The position numbers were made by a program, and so were the translations under genes. Positions 1 through 8,712 of a DNA stretch of 20,273 nt are shown in pieces; within the stretch, counting starts at the first letter, position 1; every line of letters begins with the position of its first letter. This DNA is from an uncultured virus (IMG/VR IMGVR_UViG_2061766007_000307) (lineage: Duplodnaviria > Heunggongvirae > Uroviricota > Caudoviricetes): IMG/VR virus record IMGVR_UViG_2061766007_000307; one strand, 5' to 3'. The notes below the pieces were generated by a model. That model was not told where the DNA came from and did not search any database. It worked only from the letters and a program-made list of their open reading frames with translations.

Positions 1-2
1 GG

Positions 3-2618
3 AACATATATACAATAGACTGTGATGAAAGCATAGATTACCCTACGCTGGTATCTATTATGACATTCCAGGAAGACATACCTCATTGGCATCTTTCTGA
101 TCAGGTGTTCGAAGGAATTAGTAATATAGGGAAGCTTGTCAGAAGGATATTTGATCTTACAGGATCCCTTCCTCATATTGTGTATAACTCTGAGTCATCG
201 CACTTCCAGCTGCAGTATCTGATGGACAAGCCTATATATGTCACTGAAGATGTATCAGTAGCACTATATAAGAACACATCAGCTGCCAGCAGGGATACTG
301 CGTATATGAATGAACATAAGAAAGACTGGAGATCTGTATTTGACAGAAGCTTCAATTCTATATATACAGATAGCCCATATAAAGTAAGGGATCTATATAC
401 CATTATAGATGAAGAGTATAAGACAAAGAAGAAGATCATTATAGCATTATTATCTGCTGATGGTGATCTGAAATATGTAGACCAGATAGATTCAAGTATC
501 AAGAAAGGAGGCCTCAAGCACCGTCTGCTAGACAAGATAGCTTCTGGAAAATTTGTCCGTGCTGTCGATCTCGGAATAAAGATGTTCGAGCTTGCGAAGA
601 ATTCTAAGCTGCTAGTCTATACTCCTGAATACTACCTATATGGCAATGCACATAGGAACCTTGAATATATAAATACAGGAGACTATAAGTTCGTTGACGC
701 TAATTACAATTATTGTGCCAACAAGTCTTTATGTATAGGTACTGATTATTCTGAAGTGTTCGATACTGACAGACATGATACTGTATTGAGTCGGTATCAG
801 ATAGTATATGATAAAGAAAGAAAGTCTTTCAGCATCCAGCCTTTCAATCTTTTGAAGCAGTCTGCATGGCAGTATGCCGAAGAATATGCTATAAATACTA
901 AATTTGTATCCTTTATAGGTAGCCTTGAAAGTGCTTCGCAGCTTTTCGAAGACGACATTACAGATAAATTCAAATCGTTTGTCTCTACACATACATTCGT
1001 GATGGATAAGAATGTAAGTATAGCAGAATGCAATAAAGCTTTCCAAGACAAGAACAAATATCCTTCAAAAGCACATGTATCACAAGATACAGATGACGAC
1101 GATATGTATGACAAGAATATGGAAGACATATCTAACAAATGTTCTCAATGTATCAGCCAATGTGATATAGCATGCAACAATACTCCAGATAATATAGACG
1201 CTATAAGCATCAAATATACTGGAATGCCTTATAAGGATATATTTATACATCATGTCAGAAAAATTGAAGAAGATGCTCTGAACTGCAGATCTGTTTCAAG
1301 ACATACATTCGACCATACATCAGGATTGTCTTTATTCTATAAGGCGATATCATATAATACAGAATTCTGTACGATGTGCAAGAAGTATAACAAGACACTT
1401 GCTACGTCAGAAAGCACAGAAAATTCTATATACGAAATGAACGCGCTGATATCGTATCTTTTCAATGATATTGTCAATAACGTCTATGGTAATGTTCTTC
1501 CAGGCACGACTCATACAGACAAATACGAACATAAATTCGATATCCGCAGACAGATTGTACGAGTAGACCCTAAATGCTTCGACATATATGCTACAAAGCA
1601 TGCTGAAGATACTAGAGGTGTTATCAATGGATCATTCGCCACTTCATTGTGGTCTGGATCTACCAAGCTTGAAATCATCCCTAATATGTTCAGTGTCCTG
1701 CCTGCATATATCTATAGCGAACGTAAATTACAGGAAAGGATAGATGCTGAAGAAGGAGGCCCTTCTAACAAATATTATAAGAGAAGCGATAAGACACTAT
1801 ATAGAAAAGCATGGATCTCACTGCTCGAAGATGCTTTCAACCCTAAAACACCAACAGAGACAGCTCTTATGAAGATATCTACTTTATATAAGAATGTATC
1901 TTATGTAAAGAAAGGAAAAACATGCAATGGTGTCAAACATATCACTCGAAGAGAGCTTGAAGAGTCTGGCGTGTCATATTACATGAAGAAAGACAAGCAT
2001 ATAGTAGAGTACTGCCTAGAAACAACATCGCACTTCAGAGTCAAAGGTGATAAATATGGAAATATCAACAGATATATATCGTCACTGGAGTATTTCAATG
2101 ATTTCCTTAAAGATATGCTCAGTAGTGACAGATGGAGCGCTGTCATCAAAGATGATAGTATTGAACCTTCACTAGAAGAGGATATCAAATCTAGCTGTCT
2201 TGGCGATACTGGAAAGAAATGTAAAGTCAAGGATAAAGATATTATATTGTCTCAGGTCAAGACTTACAGATATTTCACTAAGATGTATACGCATATCAAA
2301 GCTACTCTTAAAGCTGTAGATTCACCAAGCGAAGAAGAACATATCGTGAGACTGCAGGAAATCACTCATGAACTATATGCGACATTAAGAACATTCCTGA
2401 CAGGACTGTATAATATTCTGCAGTCTTATAATAACACCGAATATTTGCCTGTATGTAAAAATATTGACGATATTGTTGAGATCACAGAAGTCAACGTTGA
2501 AGAAGCTATTGAAAGCATGATCAATAGTATCGAAACCTTTTACAATACTGCAGACCTTTTTAGTGATATATGCAGCATTAGAGATTTCATATCCAGTATA
2601 GAACAGGGAGACAGTTAG
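3..2618 (+). CDS. Large phage protein, 5'-truncated by the window edge; N-terminal region has AEP/replicase-like motifs
   Basis: The frame of ORF 60..2618 is open back to position 3 (NIYTIDCDESIDYPTLVSI-M). IDCD and LPHIVYNSESSHFQLQYLMDKPIY resemble the DxD and His motifs of the replicase/primase-polymerase family. The function call is weak. Confidence 0.55.
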   Translation, partial: NIYTIDCDESIDYPTLVSIMTFQEDIPHWHLSDQVFEGISNIGKLVRRIFDLTGSLPHIVYNSESSHFQLQYLMDKPIYVTEDVSVALYKNTSAASRDTAYMNEHKKDWRSVFDRSFNSIYTDSPYKVRDLYTIIDEEYKTKKKIIIALLSADGDLKYVDQIDSSIKKGGLKHRLLDKIASGKFVRAVDLGIKMFELAKNSKLLVYTPEYYLYGNAHRNLEYINTGDYKFVDANYNYCANKSLCIGTDYSEVFDTDRHDTVLSRYQIVYDKERKSFSIQPFNLLKQSAWQYAEEYAINTKFVSFIGSLESASQLFEDDITDKFKSFVSTHTFVMDKNVSIAECNKAFQDKNKYPSKAHVSQDTDDDDMYDKNMEDISNKCSQCISQCDIACNNTPDNIDAISIKYTGMPYKDIFIHHVRKIEEDALNCRSVSRHTFDHTSGLSLFYKAISYNTEFCTMCKKYNKTLATSESTENSIYEMNALISYLFNDIVNNVYGNVLPGTTHTDKYEHKFDIRRQIVRVDPKCFDIYATKHAEDTRGVINGSFATSLWSGSTKLEIIPNMFSVLPAYIYSERKLQERIDAEEGGPSNKYYKRSDKTLYRKAWISLLEDAFNPKTPTETALMKISTLYKNVSYVKKGKTCNGVKHITRRELEESGVSYYMKKDKHIVEYCLETTSHFRVKGDKYGNINRYISSLEYFNDFLKDMLSSDRWSAVIKDDSIEPSLEEDIKSSCLGDTGKKCKVKDKDIILSQVKTYRYFTKMYTHIKATLKAVDSPSEEEHIVRLQEITHELYATLRTFLTGLYNILQSYNNTEYLPVCKNIDDIVEITEVNVEEAIESMINSIETFYNTADLFSDICSIRDFISSIEQGDS

Positions 2619-2650
2619 CTCGAATGAATCAGTATCATGGGGATTTTTTA

Positions 2651-2676
2651 CAATGAGGCTACATATAGCTTCATTG
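2651..2676. terminator. Intergenic hairpin, possible terminator
   Basis: CAATGAGGCTA-CATA-TAGCTTCATTG, an 11-bp stem with one G-U, just after the ORF1 stop. No clean U-tract on +. Confidence 0.45.
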
Positions 2677-2677
2677 C

Positions 2678-2691
2678 TGTGATTATAAATA
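2678..2691 (+). promoter_or_regulatory. TGTGATTATA promoter motif containing TATAAATA
   Basis: TGTGATTATAAATA 40 nt before the ATG at 2732. It shares 10 nt with the motifs at 12298 and 16394 and includes an exact T4 late-promoter octamer. Confidence 0.55.
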
Positions 2692-2731
2692 CGATAATAG
2701 CACCATTACTTATACATAAAACAAGAAGACT

Positions 2732-4018
2732 ATGTTTACATTAAAAGAACTACAAGGATTTGCAGATGTTGGGGAACACTGCGGATCAGTATCTGGAAAG
2801 CCCTTTGTGGTCAATCTGGATCCTAGCGACGAGCTGATATTAGCTAATACATTAGCTGCATGTGATATAGCATCAATAGAATCTGTTGATGTTATAGATA
2901 ATGTCTATGAATTTATGTTGCACGGTGATTCGCCTTTTAATGTACACTACAGTGATGATGATGACAATGAATTGGTGCAGCATTATGACATTAAAGATTC
3001 TATATGGCTTGTTTCGATCGGAGAATGCTTTATAGATAACGGTATTTATAGATACTGCCGTATCACATGTGCGTCTAAGAATGTAATGTTCCGTCCTGAT
3101 CTTATATTAAGGACTGCGATAGATGATCAGCGGGATGCATATTCTAGCTATACTATGGATGTCAAAGCTACAGGCATCTTGCATCAGGTGTCATTGAAAA
3201 TAAAAAATATCGTACACCGCGCAGATAACATCAAGATATATAATGACAGTCTTGACTCTATCATCCCAGCAGATCAATTCACATATTATGCGCCGAGATC
3301 TATATTCAGCGAATATAAAGTTCTTCCAGAGTCCTCTGAAAGTGACGTTGCGAATATAAAGAATATTCTAACATCTCATGTGGAAGATGACATATGGAAA
3401 GGTCCTTATGGAAAGGTGGAAATATCTCCTTATGAATATGTCCGTGCTTGGGTTGTAGCTCATTCGAGAAAGCCATTAGATGGACTTTCTGATGATGATA
3501 TAACATCGTATTTTTTACACAATAATTGCAAAGGCTATGCACTGCTTGATCGTCTGCATACTCCAGAAGACTGGCAGAATATATCTATCCTTGATTCATG
3601 GATAAATGAGAACTCTTGTTTCCATTGCACTGATGTGATCTATGCAAGGACTATATTATCTGTATACGGAACGACGTTAGTATATTCTAATAATGTAGGA
3701 TATTATACTGACGAGTTTTTAACATCAATCCTTGCGCTCGATAAACACTGCAGCAAAAATGCTCTTGTTATACGCGATGTCAAGAGATACCTTGATATGA
3801 TAGATGGTAAAGATTATATCAAGCTCGTCCCTGCATGGCCTGACAAGTATTTCAGAAATTACAAAACTCCTAACGGAGCGCCATGCTATATGGAATATTG
3901 CTATGAGTCTGAAAACATATCTCTCATGAAGGGCAACCCTAGCGTGATCAGATCTAATGAGTTCTGTAGTCCAATCAAGACTCACAAAGATGTGATGAAG
4001 AAACGTATAAATGATTAA
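2732..4018 (+). CDS. Hypothetical phage protein (428 aa)
   Basis: Long ORF with an A-rich start context and no recognisable motif. Confidence 0.8.
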   Translation: MFTLKELQGFADVGEHCGSVSGKPFVVNLDPSDELILANTLAACDIASIESVDVIDNVYEFMLHGDSPFNVHYSDDDDNELVQHYDIKDSIWLVSIGECFIDNGIYRYCRITCASKNVMFRPDLILRTAIDDQRDAYSSYTMDVKATGILHQVSLKIKNIVHRADNIKIYNDSLDSIIPADQFTYYAPRSIFSEYKVLPESSESDVANIKNILTSHVEDDIWKGPYGKVEISPYEYVRAWVVAHSRKPLDGLSDDDITSYFLHNNCKGYALLDRLHTPEDWQNISILDSWINENSCFHCTDVIYARTILSVYGTTLVYSNNVGYYTDEFLTSILALDKHCSKNALVIRDVKRYLDMIDGKDYIKLVPAWPDKYFRNYKTPNGAPCYMEYCYESENISLMKGNPSVIRSNEFCSPIKTHKDVMKKRIND

Positions 4019-4454
4019 AAATGAACGATATATGATAAGAAATGATTCTGAACGATTGACGCTTGAGGATATGTGTGCAAGACTACCATACAAACCGGTT
4101 GTCAGCTTTTACTTGTTTACGATAGGAAAGTCTAAGCAGACTATACTGAGGAGCATCAATCCTACAGAAGGAACTTATCGTATAGGAAACCAGGACTATG
4201 ATGATTTTTCAAGAATCAAGCTGTATCTGAGACCATTATCTAATATGACTGCTGATGAGAAGAAGACATGGAGTCGTATATTGAACGGAGCTGATTCAGG
4301 AGATATATTCGATCATATCATGCTATCACATATAAGTATAGAATCTATAGGTGAGGCTATAGATTTTCTAAATTCTCACTATTTCGATTATAGAGGACTG
4401 ATCGGAAAAGGGTTGGCAATGGAAGCCCCTGAAGGTATGTATCTATTGCAATGA
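4011..4454 (+). CDS. Conserved hypothetical phage protein, paralog of 6633..7070 (start may be 4032)
   Basis: The motifs CARLPY, LYLRPLSNMT and AIDFLNSHYFDYRGLIGKGLA are shared with 6633..7070. Confidence 0.85.
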   Translation: MIKNERYMIRNDSERLTLEDMCARLPYKPVVSFYLFTIGKSKQTILRSINPTEGTYRIGNQDYDDFSRIKLYLRPLSNMTADEKKTWSRILNGADSGDIFDHIMLSHISIESIGEAIDFLNSHYFDYRGLIGKGLAMEAPEGMYLLQ

Positions 4455-4513
4455 GAATACTTTTGTGTATGAGATGAATAGAAAATTTGGTATGTTTTAA
4501 TATGTAAAGACAA

Positions 4514-5356
4514 ATGTTGATATTATTGACTGACAAATGTAATCTGAGCTGCAAGCATTGTATGCACGCAGCATCACCTGAAGGTTCAAGGTTTATGGAT
4601 TATGATCTTTTTGCTTTGTGTATATCACGGGCGAAAGAGTTAGGGTCTAGGGTAATTAATATAGCAGGAGGTGAACCTACGTTATTGAACCCTGAAGAAC
4701 TTAATAAATTCTTGAGTCTTCCACTAGAAGAAGGTTTTGCAGTAGTTCTGGAAACTAATGGATTTTTTCTGTATAATGACAAATCTACAGAATATTTGTC
4801 TGTATTGACAGGACTCATGCGCAAGTATAACAATCTCTGGATTCAAGTATCTTCTTTCAGCGAGTACTATGCTAATCACCAAAAGGTCAAGTCTGTACTT
4901 ATGGACGGTCATAACATGCATGTTAAAGAGCTGGTCAGCAAAGCGAACAGTAGATTTATAGTATCAGGTGATGATAATTCAGGACCTATACAGTTAATAG
5001 CTCTAGGTCGGTGCTCTGAAGGAAATATGCTGGAACGTGCGAAAGTATTCAACAGATTCCCTGGATGTATAAATTCAGCACTTATAGCCAAACAGTGCGA
5101 TCTTAGAGCGCATGCATGCAGAGTACTGGAAGATAACAGAAGGTTCTGTGTCCCTATGATAGACCCTGACGGTGGCATGCATATGGGTGAATCTGTTTTC
5201 TGCAAGACTATATGCAGTATCAAAGATGATATTGACATTATATGTGATTCTATGCAAAATTATAGGCATTGTGGAAAATGTGCCAATTATCATTGGCATT
5301 TCGATAATCCGCAGACTGACAAAGAGAAACAGGTAGCTGAATTGCTAAATTTGTAA
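4514..5356 (+). CDS. Radical SAM protein with Cys-rich C-terminus (SPASM/Twitch-like)
   Basis: CxxxCxxC (CNLSCKHC), GGEP and ETNG motifs, with several C-terminal Cys ending in CGKC. Confidence 0.92.
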   Translation: MLILLTDKCNLSCKHCMHAASPEGSRFMDYDLFALCISRAKELGSRVINIAGGEPTLLNPEELNKFLSLPLEEGFAVVLETNGFFLYNDKSTEYLSVLTGLMRKYNNLWIQVSSFSEYYANHQKVKSVLMDGHNMHVKELVSKANSRFIVSGDDNSGPIQLIALGRCSEGNMLERAKVFNRFPGCINSALIAKQCDLRAHACRVLEDNRRFCVPMIDPDGGMHMGESVFCKTICSIKDDIDIICDSMQNYRHCGKCANYHWHFDNPQTDKEKQVAELLNL

Positions 5357-5361
5357 AATAT

Positions 5362-5715
5362 TTGAAAATGAAGACGACGTTATTAAGAAAGATGCGCAAA
5401 CGAATGGTCAGTATAGACTATTCACAAGAAGGTGTTTTTATCAAGTATCTGGATCAAAATTGCAATATTGTATCAGAGTGGATACATACGGACAGATGTA
5501 GCGGTTTTTTAAGCGTGGAGCATTCGACTGCGTTATGTCCGATATGTTTGGTGCAGAATCTCGGTTCATGCGTACACTCATGTCCCAACATGAAAAGACT
5601 GTTAAAAACAGAAACATTTTACGAGTAAAAAATAAAAAGATCGAATATAAATTTAGCGCTACATCTCACAGATAAAGAGAAGCAGGTTATCAGACTGCTA
5701 TGTTTAGCAAGATAA
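5362..5715 (+). pseudogene. Small Cys-rich protein, apparently interrupted by an in-frame TAA at 5626-5628
   Basis: After the TAA the same frame continues KIKRSNINLALHLTDKEKQVIRLLCLAR* to 5715, filling the gap before the next gene. Confidence 0.5.
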
Positions 5716-5754
5716 CGATAGAAATTTGTATTCTGATCATTAAATAGAAGCAAC

Positions 5755-6558
5755 ATGAAAATCCAGTATTTATCTGATCTGCATCTAGGCAGAAACTATT
5801 CTAATGAAAAGGTGTTGGACTATATTCTCAACAATAAGCCTGATGCTGATGTTCTTGTCATTGCAGGTGATACTGCAAGTATAAGCTCTCTCTTGGGAAT
5901 AGAAAAACACAATGATTTTACACTCAGGACATTTATAACATGGTGTTCTGATAATTTCAAGAAGACCATTATAGTCCCTGGCAATCATGAGTTCTATGAC
6001 CGCACAGAGATGTCGCCATACCTGAACGGTGCGGATATAGAGATAGCTAAGAACGTCTATATCGTCAGCAACAGCATCATCAATGTGGATGATGTATATT
6101 TCGTATGTTCTACATTATGGAGCAATGTAACCAAAGAGAACGAGCCTTATGTAGATTCACGTATGAATGACTGCAGGCTGATTAGCTATTACAACAAGAG
6201 GTTCACTGCGTCTAAATTCCAATATGCGCATACTGAATGTAAAGATTTCCTGACAAATGCATTCACTATGCTCGACAGCAAGAAAGTGCCTTCATGCAAA
6301 ATTGTCGTTGTGACTCATCATTGCCCTCTATTGGCATGCGAAAACCCTGAACATGTTGGTGGCTGTCTTTCATCTGCATTTATTGCTGACGATATGGAAG
6401 ATCTTATCCATGCTTTCTCACCAGCGTATTGGGTATATGGACATACACATTATAATTGTGACGTATCATTCGGAGATACTTATGTAGTATCTAATCAGCT
6501 CGGTTATAGCGACAAAGAATCAGAAAGATTCGATTTTGATAAATTTTTCTATATTTGA
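5755..6558 (+). CDS. Calcineurin-like metallophosphoesterase
   Basis: SDLH, AGD, GNHE, THH and YGHTH motifs. Confidence 0.93.
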   Translation: MKIQYLSDLHLGRNYSNEKVLDYILNNKPDADVLVIAGDTASISSLLGIEKHNDFTLRTFITWCSDNFKKTIIVPGNHEFYDRTEMSPYLNGADIEIAKNVYIVSNSIINVDDVYFVCSTLWSNVTKENEPYVDSRMNDCRLISYYNKRFTASKFQYAHTECKDFLTNAFTMLDSKKVPSCKIVVVTHHCPLLACENPEHVGGCLSSAFIADDMEDLIHAFSPAYWVYGHTHYNCDVSFGDTYVVSNQLGYSDKESERFDFDKFFYI

Positions 6559-6565
6559 TGTTGAT

Positions 6566-6609
6566 ATCTGCTATATTTTTGTTAATTTCACAGCAAAGAT
6601 ATAGCAGAT
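6566..6609. terminator. Long intergenic hairpin (terminator or processing site)
   Basis: ATCTGCTATATTTTTGTT pairs with AGCAAAGATATAGCAGAT, about 18 bp including G-U pairs. Confidence 0.6.
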
Positions 6610-6632
6610 GTTTAATTTAATACTATATAGAC

Positions 6633-7070
6633 ATGGAAATGACCGCAGAAGACAAGGACATTATAATGAAAGAGCTTTGCACAAGGCTCCCTTATGGCGT
6701 CAAAGTCTATAGAGGGTGCCTTCTCAATGTAGTGTCCGTAAGGCCATGGGATGTATATCCTGTAAACGCTGTAGCTTTAGGTGCTGATGATTATATGCCT
6801 GGTAACTATCAGATCGATGATGTTGCTCTATGTCTCCGCCCTATAGCAAGTATGACTGAAATAGAAGAGAAAGAATTCTATGAAACATTAGAGGAAGTCT
6901 ATGATTTCACATTCAGGATGGAGGAATTGCTGGAAGAATTGAAAATGCAGAAAACAATTCCTTGCAGGGCGATTGACTGGCTGAACCAGCATGATTTCGA
7001 TTATAGAGGTCTGATAGAGAGAGGTCTTGCAGCAGATCTGAATTCTATTCAGGATAAGTCGAATTTGTAA
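6633..7070 (+). CDS. Conserved hypothetical phage protein, paralog of 4011..4454
   Basis: CTRLPYGVKV, LCLRPIASMT and AIDWLNQHDFDYRGLIERGLA motifs. Confidence 0.85.
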   Translation: MEMTAEDKDIIMKELCTRLPYGVKVYRGCLLNVVSVRPWDVYPVNAVALGADDYMPGNYQIDDVALCLRPIASMTEIEEKEFYETLEEVYDFTFRMEELLEELKMQKTIPCRAIDWLNQHDFDYRGLIERGLAADLNSIQDKSNL

Positions 7071-7113
7071 TCATTTGATTATCAATAGATTATTAATCTA
7101 AAACATCAGTATA

Positions 7114-7689
7114 ATGAAAGATTTTGAAGAATTTGAATTTGACCATGAAGGTCGCCATTTCGAGAAATGTATTGATAATGAATTCATTCTGGATGCATGC
7201 GATCGTGCGATGGAATGCATCAGAAGCCGCAGGTCGTTCACAAAGATTCTGTATGTGAGCCTTCTCAACGGCAGCCTTCCGTTTGAAGCTGACCTGAAAA
7301 GCAAAGCGTCTTGGAAGATGGATATCATGAGGATATCTTATCATTCGTATGCTGGAACCCAAAGCACAGGAAAGTTCAACATAACAGTCCCTATCAATGC
7401 AGAACGTGTTAAAGGCAGAGATTGTATCATTATTGAAGATATTGTTGATACTGGCAGGACTTTACAGAAGGTTATATCAGACCTTAAAGCTGCAGGTGCA
7501 AAGAGCGTGAAGGTTATATGTGTATTGGATAAAGTAGGCAAGCATCCGAAACTTCCTATATTATTCAGAGGGTTCAACATTGCAGATAAGTTTGTCATAG
7601 GCTATGGTATGGACTATGATGGTAAATTCAGAGATCTGAAGCACATATATGCAGCAGGTCTTGAAAAAGAAGAGGAATTAGTTCTATGA
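7114..7689 (+). CDS. hpt: Hypoxanthine(-guanine) phosphoribosyltransferase
   Basis: LLNGS, the SY flexible loop (HSYAGTQSTG), the PRPP-binding motif IIIEDIVDTGRTL, LDK, and FVIGYGMDY...RDL. Confidence 0.95.
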   Translation: MKDFEEFEFDHEGRHFEKCIDNEFILDACDRAMECIRSRRSFTKILYVSLLNGSLPFEADLKSKASWKMDIMRISYHSYAGTQSTGKFNITVPINAERVKGRDCIIIEDIVDTGRTLQKVISDLKAAGAKSVKVICVLDKVGKHPKLPILFRGFNIADKFVIGYGMDYDGKFRDLKHIYAAGLEKEEELVL

Positions 7690-8375
7690 AGAAAGTTATA
7701 GTTGTTCCAGATGTACACGGAAGGTTGTTCTGGAAAGATGCAATAGATAAAGCCAGAGAAGCCGATGAAATAGTATTCTTAGGCGATTATATAGACCCTT
7801 ATGAATATGAACAAGGTGCTCTATATACAAAGCTTGAATTGATTGACAATTTCAAAGAGATCATTCAGTTCGCTAAAGATAACAGTCCTAAAGTTACACT
7901 CCTACTAGGAAACCATGACGCTCATTATATATCAAATGATGAGGCCATAAGAGGTTCTCGTTATGATGGTGCTATTAAAGAATCATTCTTGAGATGTATA
8001 GATGATAATACTTATCTGTTCAAGAGATGCCATGTCATAGGCAACACTTTGTTCTCTCATGCCGGTGTCACTGCTGAATGGCTGCGCTATAATGGGTATC
8101 TTGGAAATATGGATGATATCAATGAAATAGCATCGTTTATAGAAATGTCGACTATAGAGGATTGTGCACAGGTAGGATATATGCGTGGTGGCTTTTTGAG
8201 ATCTGGTGGACCTTTATGGGCAGACTTAGAAGAACACATAAAGGAAGATAACACGTTGAATTTCAATCAAGTAGTCGGCCATACGCAATGTGTACATACA
8301 GGAGCTGTTAATCATGCAGGCAATGTATCATGCTATGATTCTAGAAGCATACATATCATAGAAGTACAAGCATAA
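7686..8375 (+). CDS. Calcineurin-like metallophosphoesterase (PPP-like)
   Basis: PDVHG, FLGDYID, LLGNHD, SHAG and VGHT motifs; ATGA overlap with hpt. Confidence 0.93.
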   Translation: MKKVIVVPDVHGRLFWKDAIDKAREADEIVFLGDYIDPYEYEQGALYTKLELIDNFKEIIQFAKDNSPKVTLLLGNHDAHYISNDEAIRGSRYDGAIKESFLRCIDDNTYLFKRCHVIGNTLFSHAGVTAEWLRYNGYLGNMDDINEIASFIEMSTIEDCAQVGYMRGGFLRSGGPLWADLEEHIKEDNTLNFNQVVGHTQCVHTGAVNHAGNVSCYDSRSIHIIEVQA

Positions 8376-8401
8376 GAAAGACCACGTGATAAGATAATAA
8401 G

Positions 8402-8449
8402 AAGTAGCACAGAAGGCTTCGTCACATGAGAACCTTTTGTGCTACTTTT
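8402..8449 (+). terminator. Intrinsic terminator closing the metabolic operon
   Basis: AAGTAGCACAGAAGG (8402-8416) pairs with CCTTTTGTGCTACTT (8433-8447), followed by a T-rich tail. Confidence 0.75.
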
Positions 8450-8601
8450 GTCTTATATTTATATTTTTGAGAATACGTGATATATTTTCTAATGAAATCC
8501 GTGTAAATATGAAAAATAAGCATTAACTTTACATTGCATTCAGAAACCGAAAGAGTGAATCTGAACTATGCGATTGATTTCTAATTATAAACAATTCATA
8601 T

Positions 8602-8712
8602 ATGAAAACAAAAAAAATCATTTCAGTAGAGTCTGTTGGAGAACGTGAAGTGTTCGATATCTGTACTGCTGAGAATGTGTACATTACCGCGAATGGTCTG
8701 ATCAACCATAAC
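8602..8712 (+). mobile_element. Naturally split intein, IntC part (37 aa)
   Basis: MKTKKIISVESVGEREVFDICTAENVYITANGLINHN followed by Ser+1. Length and pattern match known IntC fragments such as gp41-1 and DnaE-C. Confidence 0.92.

Noticed and set aside
4011..4056. Short imperfect duplication MIKNERY/MIRNDSER
   Set aside because: Too short to interpret; it only makes the start codon ambiguous.
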